60,620 nucleotides of DNA, filler included, from Sphacelaria rigidula (GCA_964200075.2; 2 parts of 2 records of this genome joined end to end with filler, not necessarily neighbours in it); one strand, 5' to 3'; numbered from the whole stretch's first letter, positions 36,942 to 48,900 are shown. Translations and numbers: made by a program. Notes: generated by a model from the letters alone, not told the origin.

Positions 36942-39900
36942 CTCTTCGTCCACAATCCTGTATTTGAACCCTCGTCGATCGAAGAACCGCAGGTACATTC
37001 GCTGCAGCATTTGCGCCCAATCCATGGCGTCCACCCCGCCCGCGCCCGCCATTATGGTCAGCCTGCACCCGCAATTGTCGTACTTGCCCGAGAATAGCTG
37101 CTCCAGTTCCCAGCCATCCAAATCCCTCTGGAGGAGTTGCACCGCCTGTCTGGGGCGTTTTTTTTCCATTGGAAGACGGACATGACGAAAAACATGAGCA
37201 TGAGTTGTGATGGCGAGCCGCGAGGGTGTTGTTTTTTTTACATATTAGATGATACTTTCTACGATAGCCCCCCCCCCCCAAAAAAAAAAAAAAAGTGGCT
37301 GGTTTGGGGAGGCAAAATCTCTAGACTTGAATCGAAATGAAAAACGCTGAGCACAACGAGCAGCTGGGAATTCCCACGCTTGGGTTCGTTTTTGCCAATG
37401 TCGCCCATACGAGGCGCTTCATCCAACCTGAAACCAAACATCAGTGGTGTATAACCATTTTCTCCTCGACAGTTTTGGGCTGTTTTGTGGGGGGGGTATA
37501 GTAGAAAGAATCAGATAGCCAGCTTCTTCATCTTGTTTTGGGGGGGGAGATGCTGGTTGATCCCTTGCGACCACGGAGTCATTCGTCCTCAACGATGGGG
37601 AAGGGAGGGGCTGAGAATATTTTGAGAGAGAGAGAAGAAGAAGAGGTTCACTGAAACTTCATTTGCTCATCCCCAATCACATGCCCTGGGACCACCGGCC
37701 AACTAATATTCGGTACTTGGATTTGTACTCATCTCTGCAGTCCGCCGGCCTCATCTAGCCGGGAAGAGGGAGCAAAGCCGGGACGTTCAGCAATGATGCG
37801 GTTGGATGGCGCAAGACATATAGTGATGAACTTAGCGTTTTTGAGTATTGCATATCTACTCAGTCAGTCGAAACTCCAGTGCATCCCGTTGTAGTATGAC
37901 ACATCATTTCCCCCTTCTTCCCTGGGAGGTGGTCCGCGTGACCCGCGGCGGACCCTGTGACACCGGTAAGTTCAATGCGTCGTACTCACTGCCGGATACC
38001 ACCGATCGCAGAGGGCACTGTAGCTACAATAAGACTCCCGGAGCGCGCGATGAATTTTTGGCTCGCCGTAATTATCACTTTACAGACACCCGATCAATTT
38101 CAAGGTTAAATCCCTCCTGCAGGGGGGATCAACTTTTGCTTGCACCACGACAGTAAAGTATAGCTCATTACAGTACCCCTACCCCTACCGTATACGGGTC
38201 GCTGTGCTCTTGTAGAGACAGCAAGAGTCAGTGCCGCTACCGTAAACGCCCTAAAATAGTGTGTCCCACTACTGAAGAGCGGGCCAGAAAAAAAAACGCC
38301 GAAAAATCACCGCTTGCTTGCACCGAACCATAAAAAAGTATCATCTTCGAAAAAAACAACAATCACTCGTTCAAACAGTAGTTTGACCCACTTCGGCTAC
38401 AACCTATCCACGGTGGGTATTACTTGATTTAGGTGTGAACACCGAAATTTGGATCTTTGGTGGGGCTGACAGTCCCCGAGTGGTCGTAGGGTGTACAGAA
38501 CGCATTTTTGTTTATATCGGCGCCTGCCGTCTTGAGGTCTGCCAACCCGCACCTTGCCTAGGAACCCATTGCACCCCCCTCGCCCGAGGGTTCTTCGTAT
38601 GCCTTGGTCGGGGTTACGGTTAGGGTTAGCGATATTTTCTAATGTGTCCACCACGGACACGATGGTGTAGAACAGGTACAAGCTCACCTCCGTTTCGACC
38701 GCGGGACGAGTTATCACGTGTGGAGCTGTCTAGATGCGCAACAGATGCGAACCGCTTCACAGCATTGACACACCCGGCTGAGGGATGAGCAAAAAAGCGA
38801 ACACTCCCACACGTCACGATAATACTTGCGAGTCCGCAGGCAATTATGATTTCCTTGCGTTTCCCCGTACTGTAGAAAAAGAATAAGACGCTCCATACCA
38901 CCACTGGGTAATGACTTTTTTAGACCCGAAGGCTCATCATCCGGGGGTGGCATTTAGGGGGTGTACTCATGATCATGCTTGCCATAGTCATCAGACCATT
39001 GAGGCATTTAGGGGGTGGTGTAATCCGTACCCTGGAACAGTACTGTAGGTACTAATGCGATGCACAAAAGCACCGAAACCTAATCACCTGGGGGTACTAG
39101 TATCTACGATGAGTCATATTTTACTCGGTATCTCTAATGCAAAAATTGCATTACCAATGTTGTATTCATCACAGCTTCACCCTTTTCCCATCCCTCGAGA
39201 CGCGTCCGTGGTCTCAAGGCATCATCAGCTCATCATCTCACCCCCGAGTAGCACACGCCTCCTTACATTTCGGTGTGTATCGCAGATAGGATCAGCACCC
39301 CGCACCGCGTCGACTCTCTGACAACTACGCGTTTCTTGGATACTGATGACCCCGCTGTTCCAATAACGACGCGCATCAAATATATTCTCGACAGCAACAA
39401 CCAACGATGAATGCAAAGTGCCCGAGTGTAAGCCCTTAATCTTCGCTCGTAGCAGGCTTGCTTGGTCGTATGTTACTGTACCGGCTAAGACCACTAGCGT
39501 GCGGCGGTAGCGGAAGTCATCTATTTGATTGGTTGTCGCACATGAGCTGACCCCCAAGGAATTCAGGCGTGGACGCAAGGTAGATGTGCCCAAGGTAAGC
39601 AAAATGGGAACACTCGCTAAAGGGACACTCTAGAAAAAGCGGAAATATAAAGGTAGAAATAAAGGACGAGGAGGGTCAACTAACTGACGGAACGAAAAAT
39701 CTTGAGTACTACAACAAAACGGGGGGAAACTGGGAGGAAGGAAGGAAGGAAGGAAGGGAGAAAACCGAGGGAAAACGTCATGATGCATCTAGTACTGGTC
39801 CCGATATAATATTGAAAAAAACAAGAAATGGTCGGCGCTCGCCGCATGGTTTCAGATAGGGAGGCCATACAAGAACAAAACAAAAACGGACATATGAACG

Positions 39901-42900
39901 AAACGAAACGAGAGGACAAAACCAGAACAGCTTCGAGATCACCCGGGTGGGGGTAACTAACTCGCGGCAAGGCAACCGCGAGATTGCCGCTCGATCTCTT
40001 GCACTAAAGTTTAGACATGCATATTTATGTCGAGTCGTAGCTTGACCAAGGGTGCATTCGAAGCGGACCCGTTAGCGTGCAAGAAAATGCCGATCAAATC
40101 ACATCTAGCAACCAATAAAAATGTGTCATTTTCCATCAGATATAACGACTCCTGCACTTGAGCAACAACTCACACACACAGGATGACTCCCGTAGGATAC
40201 GCATTGGTGCTGTCAAGAGATGAGGTCGAGCTCTCACCTCCATAGCCTCATCCAGCATCATAGTGGCTTCCCCGTCCCCCTCCCCTTCCTCGCTGCACAG
40301 CTCGATCACCGTCTCGACGTCCGTCTCCCATCGTTTCCAGTTCTCTAATCGTTCTACTTGACCTTTCAACCTTGAATTTAAAAAAATGGGGGGGGGGGGA
40401 AACGAGTAAATTACAATAATCAATCGAAATGTTCCCTCACCAGCGATAAATATAATATGGTGTCCTTTATATATATATATATTTTTTCAATGATACCAAG
40501 AGGATAGGTACATGCACAACTTGAAGCAAATATATTTTGGACGGACGAGGTCAGAGAAGTCAAAGTGAGGTGAGGACGTTGTCCCCAAACGCGTCACCTT
40601 GATTGTTACGTTCTCGTATTTACTGCCGAATGCAATGGCGGGCCTTCACCACCGTCACGAGAGCATTTCATACTCCAAAATGTTCGCATTTGGTATGAAA
40701 GGGGAGGAAATGAAGCACGTTGAAGTCGATAGGCTTTACTTTCAAGCTTTTGCGTTACGCTTCGGTATTCTCCGCTCCCACCGGTTGGTTCTGTGTTGTG
40801 TAAACACAACTGGATCAGGCGTATTTATTGAGGTATTTTTTTGTAGCGGGGTCATGTGACCTGAAAAATCAATATAATGGCCCGATCACGTCAGCTCAGA
40901 TGATCTTTTACAGTCTCAAGGGAGAGCGATCTGACCCGATCTGACGGAATCAACCGAAGTCAGATAACCTTGTGTGTGTGTGTGTGTGTGCTGTCGCTCC
41001 GACATCCATTCCGACAATTTGAACATTATCAGATTTTACTGCTGCACTCGGGTTCCCTTGATCTGGTTGTGTGTGTGGGGGGGGGGGTGTCGTAAGAGAG
41101 GCTTTATGATTGCCATCTCTCATCGGTAATACTCTTTGCACTTCGGCCGTGATTCCTGCGCCGTCATGCATCGTTACTCCGGTACAGAACTTTGTGCACA
41201 GTGAAAAAGATGCTTCGCAGCTCGTGAGAGGCTTGTGTTCGTCGTAACAAAAGGGAAATAATTCCGAGAAGAAGCTACCATTACCCATAGCGATCACCAC
41301 GCTGATCGAGATATGTGTGTTTTGTTGTGTTGTCGTCCCATCTGTTCTGGACGCCGGTCTACACCTTTTGGTATATGTGGGCGCACCAGCCGGGGTCACA
41401 CAGGAGTTCTTTGTTTGTTTTTAGTTCTCTACCTTCCTTTTGCAGTGCTTGCCTTTACGTTTTATCGTGAGAGGGGTTCAGCAGTCCCGTTCCCTCGTCG
41501 ACCATTAAGTCGAATTTTGTCGCTTCCCACTGTTGGGCACTGTGTGAGAAAAAAACCCAGATCGCTCCGAGATTCGGACCCACAACCCAACCGTCAGAAG
41601 GTTTCGAGGTTACCAACTGAGCCACCGGGGCGACCGGTGATAGATATGCCAACAAAAAAATACGTTGGTCGAGGTGTCACATTTGCAGCTGTGAAGTGCG
41701 AATATCGAGTCTTACGGCGTACTGCATGGTATTTATTCGATGAGTCCTGATGGTTTGTGGGCGTAAGTCATGGTTTACCGCTTCTCGGACGAGACCTCCC
41801 GTATCGCGAGGATCCCCTAGAAATGGAGCCCTCTCAGACATCATCGTCTCGGCCAGAGCGTCAGTGTGCTTGTCGCGCTATCGAACAGCGGCTTCAGGTC
41901 ACACACATGACACGCAGCGCAGACCAGGTTGACCACCAAAAGAAAATCGTGGCCGTTACACGAACAATATATTTCCGATCCAGATACGCCGAAATCCCGG
42001 ATTAGTGCCGCCGACAGATGTGAGGCGATGTCCACGTCACCCAGATCACACACACAAACACACACAACACACAACACACAACACACAACACACACAGGGT
42101 TTGTTGAGTGTACTGTTTTAAGAGTAGGTATAATTGTCCCGCTTGCACGGCAGCGTTCACACGTAATCTTAGTTAGACATATACATATATATATACTTCG
42201 AACAGTATTGTTTGCCACCCTTTAATGCTGGCAACCCAGGCGCTAAAAGCTGAGCAGCCCCCCTCTGTCTGCGAGCTACCACCCCCAATGATGATATGCT
42301 GTGTAGTCAATAGGTCCGAGCCCCCCGACGTAGGTTTATGGCTTACTCGAAGCAACTGTTTTTTTTACATGTTAGCAACGGTCCATGTAAGATCGATCCG
42401 TGATATCTCACACCCACGGGGATTAACAAAGCTTTCTGCCGAGAGGTGGATTTTTAAGAGATGGGCAAAACGGTCGGGGTGACGCACAATGCAAGCTCAT
42501 CTCCAGGATGACAATTCACCGCGGAGCGAATGTCGAAGGACGGGTGGCGCAGTGCCCCAAGCATTCCTCCTCATACTTTTCAACATGTGAACACTTTTAA
42601 GAAAGCACAGGTGCTGTCAAATAACATGGCCGCGTACACGCTGTTAGATGTAGAAATTAGAAATTACAGAGGATATGCGTTGGCTGTACGATACTTGCAG
42701 TCCACTCGAATCTTAGGTTGCAAGCGGGCGGAGTACGAACTCGTAGCCATAGCGAGCGCGCCACCTCCCAATCAGAATCGATTTCAAAATTGCACATGGT
42801 CCGCATCTTGTCTCAATACATCAAACGTGCCATTTTTTACGCACATCGTATATGAAATGAAGAAGTAGAGCTGAAGGAGAAGGGCAAGAGCATATCTAGA

Positions 42901-43616
42901 TCTTGCGATTCACCACTTGGTTCTATATCGGCGGCCAATCCCCCCTTCTTGCGCCGTACTTGTGCCCGTAGTTGGCGTTGCATGTCCCGAACGGATAAAC
43001 AGTGACCTAGATTCTCGCAGAAGGTGCGATCCTGCGAGAACGACACCGACACAGTTTCTGCGGGTATACCTTAATCTTAACATAGCGTGCACTTCGGGAC
43101 AAAAATTCTCTTGCCGCATCAACCACGCATAAAGCGAGCCATGCATTGATATAGCGAAACAGAGCGCACGGCACACCTGCTCAGATTGCCTAGGACCTTC
43201 CTTGCATTGTCGGCGTCATTCCAAAAACCGTCTTCCCCGCTCATGGCTTCAAGGTACTCCAGCTCGCCACCCAGCTTGGCCTCATCCAACATGCTTCGAT
43301 TCATCTCTAATCGCTCCTGGGTTGCCGAAAGTGCCCGCTTCACCTCCCCGAGATCCGCTCCATTCCCTGCTCCGAGAGCCGTGCAGTATCGCCAGTGCTG
43401 AGTGCTGCATCGGGCGCGTAGCCGGGCAAGCTTGCCGTTATTGTTGTCGAGATGGTTATGCCGTTGTGGTTGACGTCGTTGGCCACTCTGCGGAACATGA
43501 TCATGTCGTTGTTGCCAGTTGTGCTGTGAGTGTGTCAGCGATACGTGGAAAGGTTGCACGATGATGATATGCGCTGTAAGTACTGCGCATGAGAAATACA
43601 CCAGCACTCCCTTCAT
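36942..43616 (-). CDS. prfB: Peptide chain release factor 2, plastid-targeted (exons 1-3 only)
   Basis: Exons 43616-43177, 40370-40238 and 37145-36942 join in frame (phase 2, then 0). Motifs FWNDADNARKV and LFSGKYDNCGCRLTIMAGAGGVDAMDWAQMLQRMYLRF match the RF2 PCRF region. The N-terminus is a hydrophobic signal peptide then P-F (ASAFAP-type) and a basic transit peptide. SPF/GGQ exons were not found before the gap. Confidence 0.88.
37251..37512. mobile_element. Full-length ~260-bp MITE with TIRs, in prfB intron 2
   Basis: GATACTTTCTACGATAGCCCCCC ... GGGGGGGTATAGTAGAAAGAATC are imperfect terminal inverted repeats; AGAT occurs on both flanks. Confidence 0.75.
39521..39780. mobile_element. Interspersed (GATT)n-ended repeat, copy 3
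   Basis: GATTGGTTGTCGCAC...CTGACCCCCAAGG...AACACTCGCTAAAGG plus purine-rich tract. Confidence 0.6.
41312..41637 (-). mobile_element. tRNA-derived SINE, copy 2
   Basis: Minus strand: CCGGTCGCCCCGGTGGCTCAGTTGGTAACCTCGAAACCTTCTGACGGTTGG...GGGTCCGAATCTCGG; body homologous to 36190-36550. Confidence 0.8.
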
Positions 43617-44463
43617 GACTGGATCACGCGTACTACCCACTGTACGGTGCAGTAGTCGGTGTGCACGGTGATGTACGGTGCGCTGGGGACTTGACTGCAA
43701 ACACATCTATTTCACCCACACATTTCCCATGATAATATTCTCAGGCCCGCGATCATGCGGTGGAATTTCCCTTCCATTGCCGAGCCGTCTGTGAAACGCA
43801 AAACTAGCTCGCTCCGTCATATACTGTAAATGTACACCGCAAGAGTAGCTTCACGTACCTTCCTATGCTAAGTCAAACGAAAAAAATCGCGCGTGAGAAC
43901 CCGTGCGTGGGAGTGTATAGGATCCTGAGTTTACTTCTTGTAACGCCAAGAATATTGTTCGTGCGCGGTAGGGGCAACACAGTACAATAAAAAGTAGAAG
44001 TCTACCGCCACCGTTGGGCGTGTTTTTGTTGTACAGCATTGCGTAGCCCACTCCCAATGGATCAGGAAGTGTCATACCGTCAGGTAGGGCGAGAAAAGGG
44101 TTACGTGCCCCCGCCAAGACTCAAGGAGACGGACGCAAAGCGACAGCGAGAGAGCGAGAGAGACGCCTTCGGCAATCGCACTCGACGATTCTGCAAGCTA
44201 ACGGTGCGCAATTTTTCACCTTCAAACTGCGCAAACTCTAGATAATGTACGATGCCGCCAGCTCGAGGACAACCTCACACTGAAGGCATAATTGACTGAA
44301 CTGTACGATGGTTTGCAGTTCATTACAGTGTGTTTCAGCTATAGGGCACGCTTGTCGGATAGCTGTTCTCTTAGCAATGTACCGTACTACAATAGTGTGG
44401 TGAAGGAGTGATGCTGCGGCGGGGGTGCACAAATATTTTCTTCTGATATTAGAATAATTGTTA

Positions 44464-44938
44464 GGCCTACTCTAATGGCAGCCGTTCAAAATTCCTGTCA
44501 AAAACTGCCTTTTGGATCCTTCTCCGTCGATGTACGCCCGAAAAGAGGGCTAGGCGGGTGTTGACGCCTTGAAATGACTTGTTCTACTCGTTGAGACTGT
44601 TCTAGGGCAACTTTGCGTTTCCCACTGGCTGCACTTTTGTTTTAGGCCAGATCAGGCCAAACACGGATTTTCAGTACAAAACGGTTAGGTGATCAAAATT
44701 TTCCCCGTTTTTTTTTTGCTTAACCATTTTTCATTGAAAATCCGTGCTTGGTCAAAAATAAAAGTGCGGCCAGCGGGAAATGCAAAGTTGTCCTAAAACA
44801 GTCTCATTGAGTAGAGCAAGTCGTTCCCAGGCGTCAACATCCGCCTAGCCCTCTTTTCAGGCGTAAAACGACAAATAAAGGCCAAAAAGGCAGTTTTGAA
44901 CAGGAATTAACTTTGAACGGCTCCCATTAGAGCCGGTC
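44464..44938. mobile_element. Hairpin MITE (PIF/Harbinger-like), ~225-bp arms
   Basis: GGCCTACTCTAATGG...CCATTAGAGCCGGTC; arms are reverse-complementary almost to the centre (~44700); TTA on both flanks. Confidence 0.8.
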
Positions 44939-44941
44939 TTA

Positions 44942-45115
44942 GGCCAACTCTTATAGGAGCGTTTGAAATTTTATTTTGCAACAATTTCAGAAGAGTTTTT
45001 TTTTTCTTCGTCATCATGGTAAACCGGCACAAAATACACAACTACGGCAAAGAAAAAAAAAGACGTTTAAAACCATTGGAAAATAAAATTCTAAACGCTC
45101 CCATAAGAGTTGGCC
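44942..45115. mobile_element. Short MITE (PIF/Harbinger-like) abutting the previous one
   Basis: TIRs GGCCAACTCTTATAGGAGCGTTTGAAATTTTATTTT / AAAATAAAATTCTAAACGCTCCCATAAGAGTTGGCC; flanks TTA and TTG. Confidence 0.8.
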
Positions 45116-45187
45116 TTGGGAACCCCGTATCTCATCCAAAACACCTCTTCTTACGAAATATATGAGAGCACGCCAGGACTACTATTT

Positions 45188-45326
45188 CAATGTGCCAGAG
45201 ATATCCCGAATGAATTTGCAAACGGGGATCCCCTGATCCATGTTCTTGTGCAATCTAGAATCGTTAGGAGCCCCTGAACCAGACAAGATTTCGCGCAAAA
45301 AGCGCACCCCTACCGTAGCATTGCTC
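45188..45326. repeat. ~138-bp interspersed repeat, copy 1
   Basis: CAATGTGC...TCTAGAATCGTTAGGAGCCCCTGAACCAGACAA...CACCCCTACCGTAGCATTGCTC; second copy at 48415-48570. Confidence 0.8.
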
Positions 45327-45771
45327 GAAGGCAGAGCGCACGTGCGATGCAAGGGGCTTTTTTACGATATATCCTCCTGGAGTGTTACTGATCCACGGAT
45401 CAATGCATGCCGTTTACACAAAATGGGATGTCAAGTATGAGTACTGTGTAGGATGCATCTTCGAGATCGGGTGTTAAGCCGTTCGAAACCATGTCGCACA
45501 ACTGCAGTATAACGTCAAGCATGTGGACTAGGGGACATTATTCGCAAGCACTTTCCCATCATTGCTCAAATATCGAGTCGAGTAACTGCAATGGCGGTCG
45601 GACATTGATCATGCACTCTTTGAAGGACTGTAGAAAACGTGGATACCGCACCATGTCTTGATGACCAACACCGTGAAAAATGGCATGCTTTTTTATGACT
45701 TTGTTCATGACAAACTGAAATGAACGAGAGGATCCTGTTCAGTCGCCTCCGTTCCGACAGTAAGGCATTGA

Positions 45772-46191
45772 ACAGCTGATCACCGAGACTGAGAATGGAG
45801 CCTTTCGTTTATGATGAGAACTCGGAGGATTAAAATCTTAGTATCCACACCAAATTTTCGAAATGAGGTTCCATTCCTTCACCCACTGGTAGCTATTGAC
45901 AAGTACTACAGGCCTTACAAATTTGGATCCTGATGACGGACATGTTGGGATCCTAGGCGAAGATACAATTTTGGGGAATTTCAGTGATCCGATCGGATCG
46001 CAGAAATTCCCCAAAATTGTATCTTCACCTAGGTCCCTCACATGGGACATTTGTATGGAGTGTAGAAGTTGTCAATAGCTACCATCGATTGAAGGAATGA
46101 AATCATATTTCGAAGGTTTGGTGTGGATACGAAGATTTAATTCTCCGGGTTTTCATCCTCAATCACCACCTCCACCCTCAATTTCGATGAT
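45772..46191. mobile_element. Loop-less long palindrome / foldback element
   Basis: Centre GATCCGATCGGATC (~45986-45999); arms e.g. GAAGATACAATTTTGGGGAATTTC / GAAATTCCCCAAAATTGTATCTTC and GTATCCACACCAAA / TTTGGTGTGGATAC. Confidence 0.8.
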
Positions 46192-46193
46192 TG

Positions 46194-46610
46194 AACAGCG
46201 GATTCTCAAAAATGGGATGAACAAAAAATGAGGGTCAAGTCAAAGGCAGTGCTTTCCCCGACCTAAACTCATGGCAAATGACTTTTATATGGACCACCTC
46301 ATCCCTCCCGACCTCCCTAAACCTAGTTCGGGGGGGTTCCAGTCTTCCGTTCCCAGGGTATGTGCGAAAGCACATTTTTACCTCGATTTCGGGATGAAAC
46401 AAGGGACGCTTATTGGCCCATAAAACGCGCTTTCGCACATATCCTCCGAGGGAACGGAGCACTGGAAACCCCTGAACTAGTTTTAGGGAGGTCGGGAGGG
46501 ATGAGGTCGCCCATACGAAAGTCATTCGTCATCACGGTAGGATCGGGGAAGCACTGCTTTTGAGTTGAACCTTATTTTTTGTTCAACCGCATTTTTTAGA
46601 ATCGGCTGTT
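46194..46610. mobile_element. Hairpin MITE with ~185-bp arms
   Basis: AACAGCGGATTCT...AGAATCGGCTGTT termini; internal ACCTCATCCCTCCCGACCTCCCTAAA / TTTAGGGAGGTCGGGAGGGATGAGGT. Confidence 0.8.
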
Positions 46611-46714
46611 ATCGGCTGTTATCGATGTCGTGGCGACTGTTGTGCGTGGAGATTAGTGGTGGCTAATAACAGAAAAAGGGTCATACACGTATAACAATCC
46701 GTAGTTTATGGTGC

Positions 46715-48900
46715 ATGGAGGCAACGCCTTTGCCACCGGGTGATATGGAGCGTGTGGTATGTCATTTCCGGCGCTTGCGAACAGCACCTAGATGTTGATA
46801 TTTCCAGTCTAGCTAGGGCAAAAATCATGCGCATAGATCAGTTGCCGCTGGTGCCCAATCGTATACTTTGCTGACTAGCGTGAAGCATATTCGCCCGCGC
46901 CATCTGATGATGCGCTGCAAAAGCCACTTTGACTCCACGCCATTCGATGCTGCTCCGCTGACCAGAACGACACCCCGCCACCGGGAGCGTACTATCGTCG
47001 ACCAACGCTCGAGAGGGACCCGAGCACCTGTGGCTCCGTGTCGCTCAAGGGTTACGGCGGGGGCTTCGTGTCCGCTGCGCCGCGTTTCAGGAATGTGAAA
47101 ACGTTGCAAGAGGCATACTTGCCGGGACCCGGGTACTACATCGGACAAGCCGAGGTCCGGTCGGAAGGGGCGAAACTAGCGTCGTTCTCCAGTTCAAAGC
47201 GGGTAACAGGAATGACAATCTGAGTGAAGCGCTTCCTTACTTCAAAACGCTATTGATTGCTTAACGTTGCAACGCCTGCGCATTGTGGAGTACCGCTCGA
47301 GGGGTGTTTCGACGCGGGTGTTCATGATGATAACTTCCGGCATTGTTACCCCGAGTTGTAATCTCTTATTTTGTCATCCTCTAAGCATCACGGGTCTTAC
47401 ATTCGTGTCGCTGCGCAAGCCGGCGGACATTCGTGTGCCGCTGTTACCCTCCAACATCCGGTTGGGTTGCCGTTTGGCCCATGACTTACGCATGGCGTAG
47501 TGCGCAAGACTAAGACAAGTGCAGCTAGGAGAAATCCACACCCTGGACAATTGGGTGTATTGTAAAAAATATACTCCATACAGTATGGAATATATTGTCT
47601 AATGCAATAGACGCAATTGTCGATACTGTACGCAATACACTTTTTGAAAATGTAATCTTTTTTCCAGGATGTGGACAAATCATCGACATGTGTTGACAGT
47701 TACCAAGAAATTGCTCGATCGGCGTCCCTGGTTATCACCGGCTATTTTTTCTTATCTTTCGCCGTGGATAAATCTAATAAAACCACCAACATAGGACTGC
47801 GGCTTTGACGTAGACCCGAAGCGCGCAGTGCCAGGCCCGGGACAATACAACCTTCGCGGCAAGGGTAGACACAGCGTCGGATCGGGGCCCACTTCCTCCT
47901 TCCTCTGCGCCCGAAAACCGCTGGAGAGCACCGAGGGAGACGTCAACACTCCTGCCCCAGGATCGTACGAGCTGTTGACGCCGGCACAGGTCAACGTAGA
48001 CAAGAACGGCCAAATTCTCAAACACCCCTGTTTCAGGTCGCAAACGAGTAGAAACGCGTCGTTTATCGCCAAAAGCGACGTACCGGGACCTGGTGAGTAT
48101 AACACTGATAAGGGCTTCGCGGGTGGGAGAGCGGCGATGACTGTGTTGGCCGCGCAAGGCGGCGGCAGTGGGAGGTTCGGGCGGCCACCTCTGTCCAGGG
48201 AGGATGACTCCGCTTCACCTGGTGCGAGCTGCGCTATTGTGTTTTGCCTACGAGTATAATAGCACTTTCCCTGTGGGCGAATTCATGCCATTTTGCTTCG
48301 TGCACGTTCGGTTTGAACTGCTTGGCGTTGATTGAGAGCTTTGACGACAGTTTGCTCACTACAAGAGCGAGAAGCAGAGACAACAGCCAAGAAACCTATA
48401 CCTAATTCGATCACCAATGTGCTGGGGATATCCCGAATAAATCTGCAAACGGGGATGCCCTGACCCGTATTCTTGTGCGTCTAGAANNNNNNNNNNGTCT
48501 AGAATCGTTAGGAGCCCCTGAACCAGACAAAATTTCGCGAAAAAAGTGCACCCCTACCGTAGCATTGCTCACCTGTGGTTTCCCAAGATATTCGTGGCCA
48601 AACTTCAAAGCTGACCCGCGGTACACGCGAGGACTTACCTGTAAGTTTCTGCTATTTGCCTACACCAAACATGTATATTTTCTCTCCGCTTTTGATTGCA
48701 TGCGCGCAGGACCAGGGTGGTACACGCCTCATCAAACAGCACCTGCAGAGAAAATGCAATCCACTTCCAGCATGTTTCGTTCCGCGACGAAGCGATTCGA
48801 GAAGGCCGCCGTTGCCGCCGCCCCGGGGCCAGCGTTTTACCAACCCGAACACTTGGGCAAGAAATCATTTCGGTGGAATGCCAACAACGAATGGGTCTAG
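46715..48900 (+). CDS. Sperm-tail PG-rich (SHIPPO) repeat protein, STPG1/MAPO2-like, ~298 aa
   Basis: Exons 46715-46756 (tentative), 46966-47202, 47795-48221 and 48710-48900 join in frame. Seven PGPGxY-type repeats (PPPGAYY, PGPGYY, PGPGQY, PAPGSY, PGPGEY, PGPGWY, PGPAFY), F-x-S-x-x-x-R-F motifs and a C-terminal GKKSFRWNANNEWV*. Confidence 0.85.
48415..48570. repeat. ~138-bp interspersed repeat, copy 2 (contains a 10-N gap)
   Basis: Homologous to 45188-45326; GTCTAGAA is duplicated on both sides of Ns 48487-48496. Confidence 0.8.

Noticed and set aside
38608-38630. Telomere-like GGTTAGGGTTAG (also ~3383, ~25386)
   Set aside because: Only 1-2 units each; too short to call interstitial telomeric repeats.
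43270-43310. Bacterial-type +1 programmed frameshift (CTT TGA) in prfB
   Set aside because: The equivalent region reads in frame (AGC ATG TTG GAT GAG), as expected for a nuclear-encoded copy.
48487-48496. Insertion within the repeat in STPG intron 3
   Set aside because: 10-N gap with GTCTAGAA duplicated on both sides; the copy at 45188 is contiguous, so this is a contig-overlap artefact.
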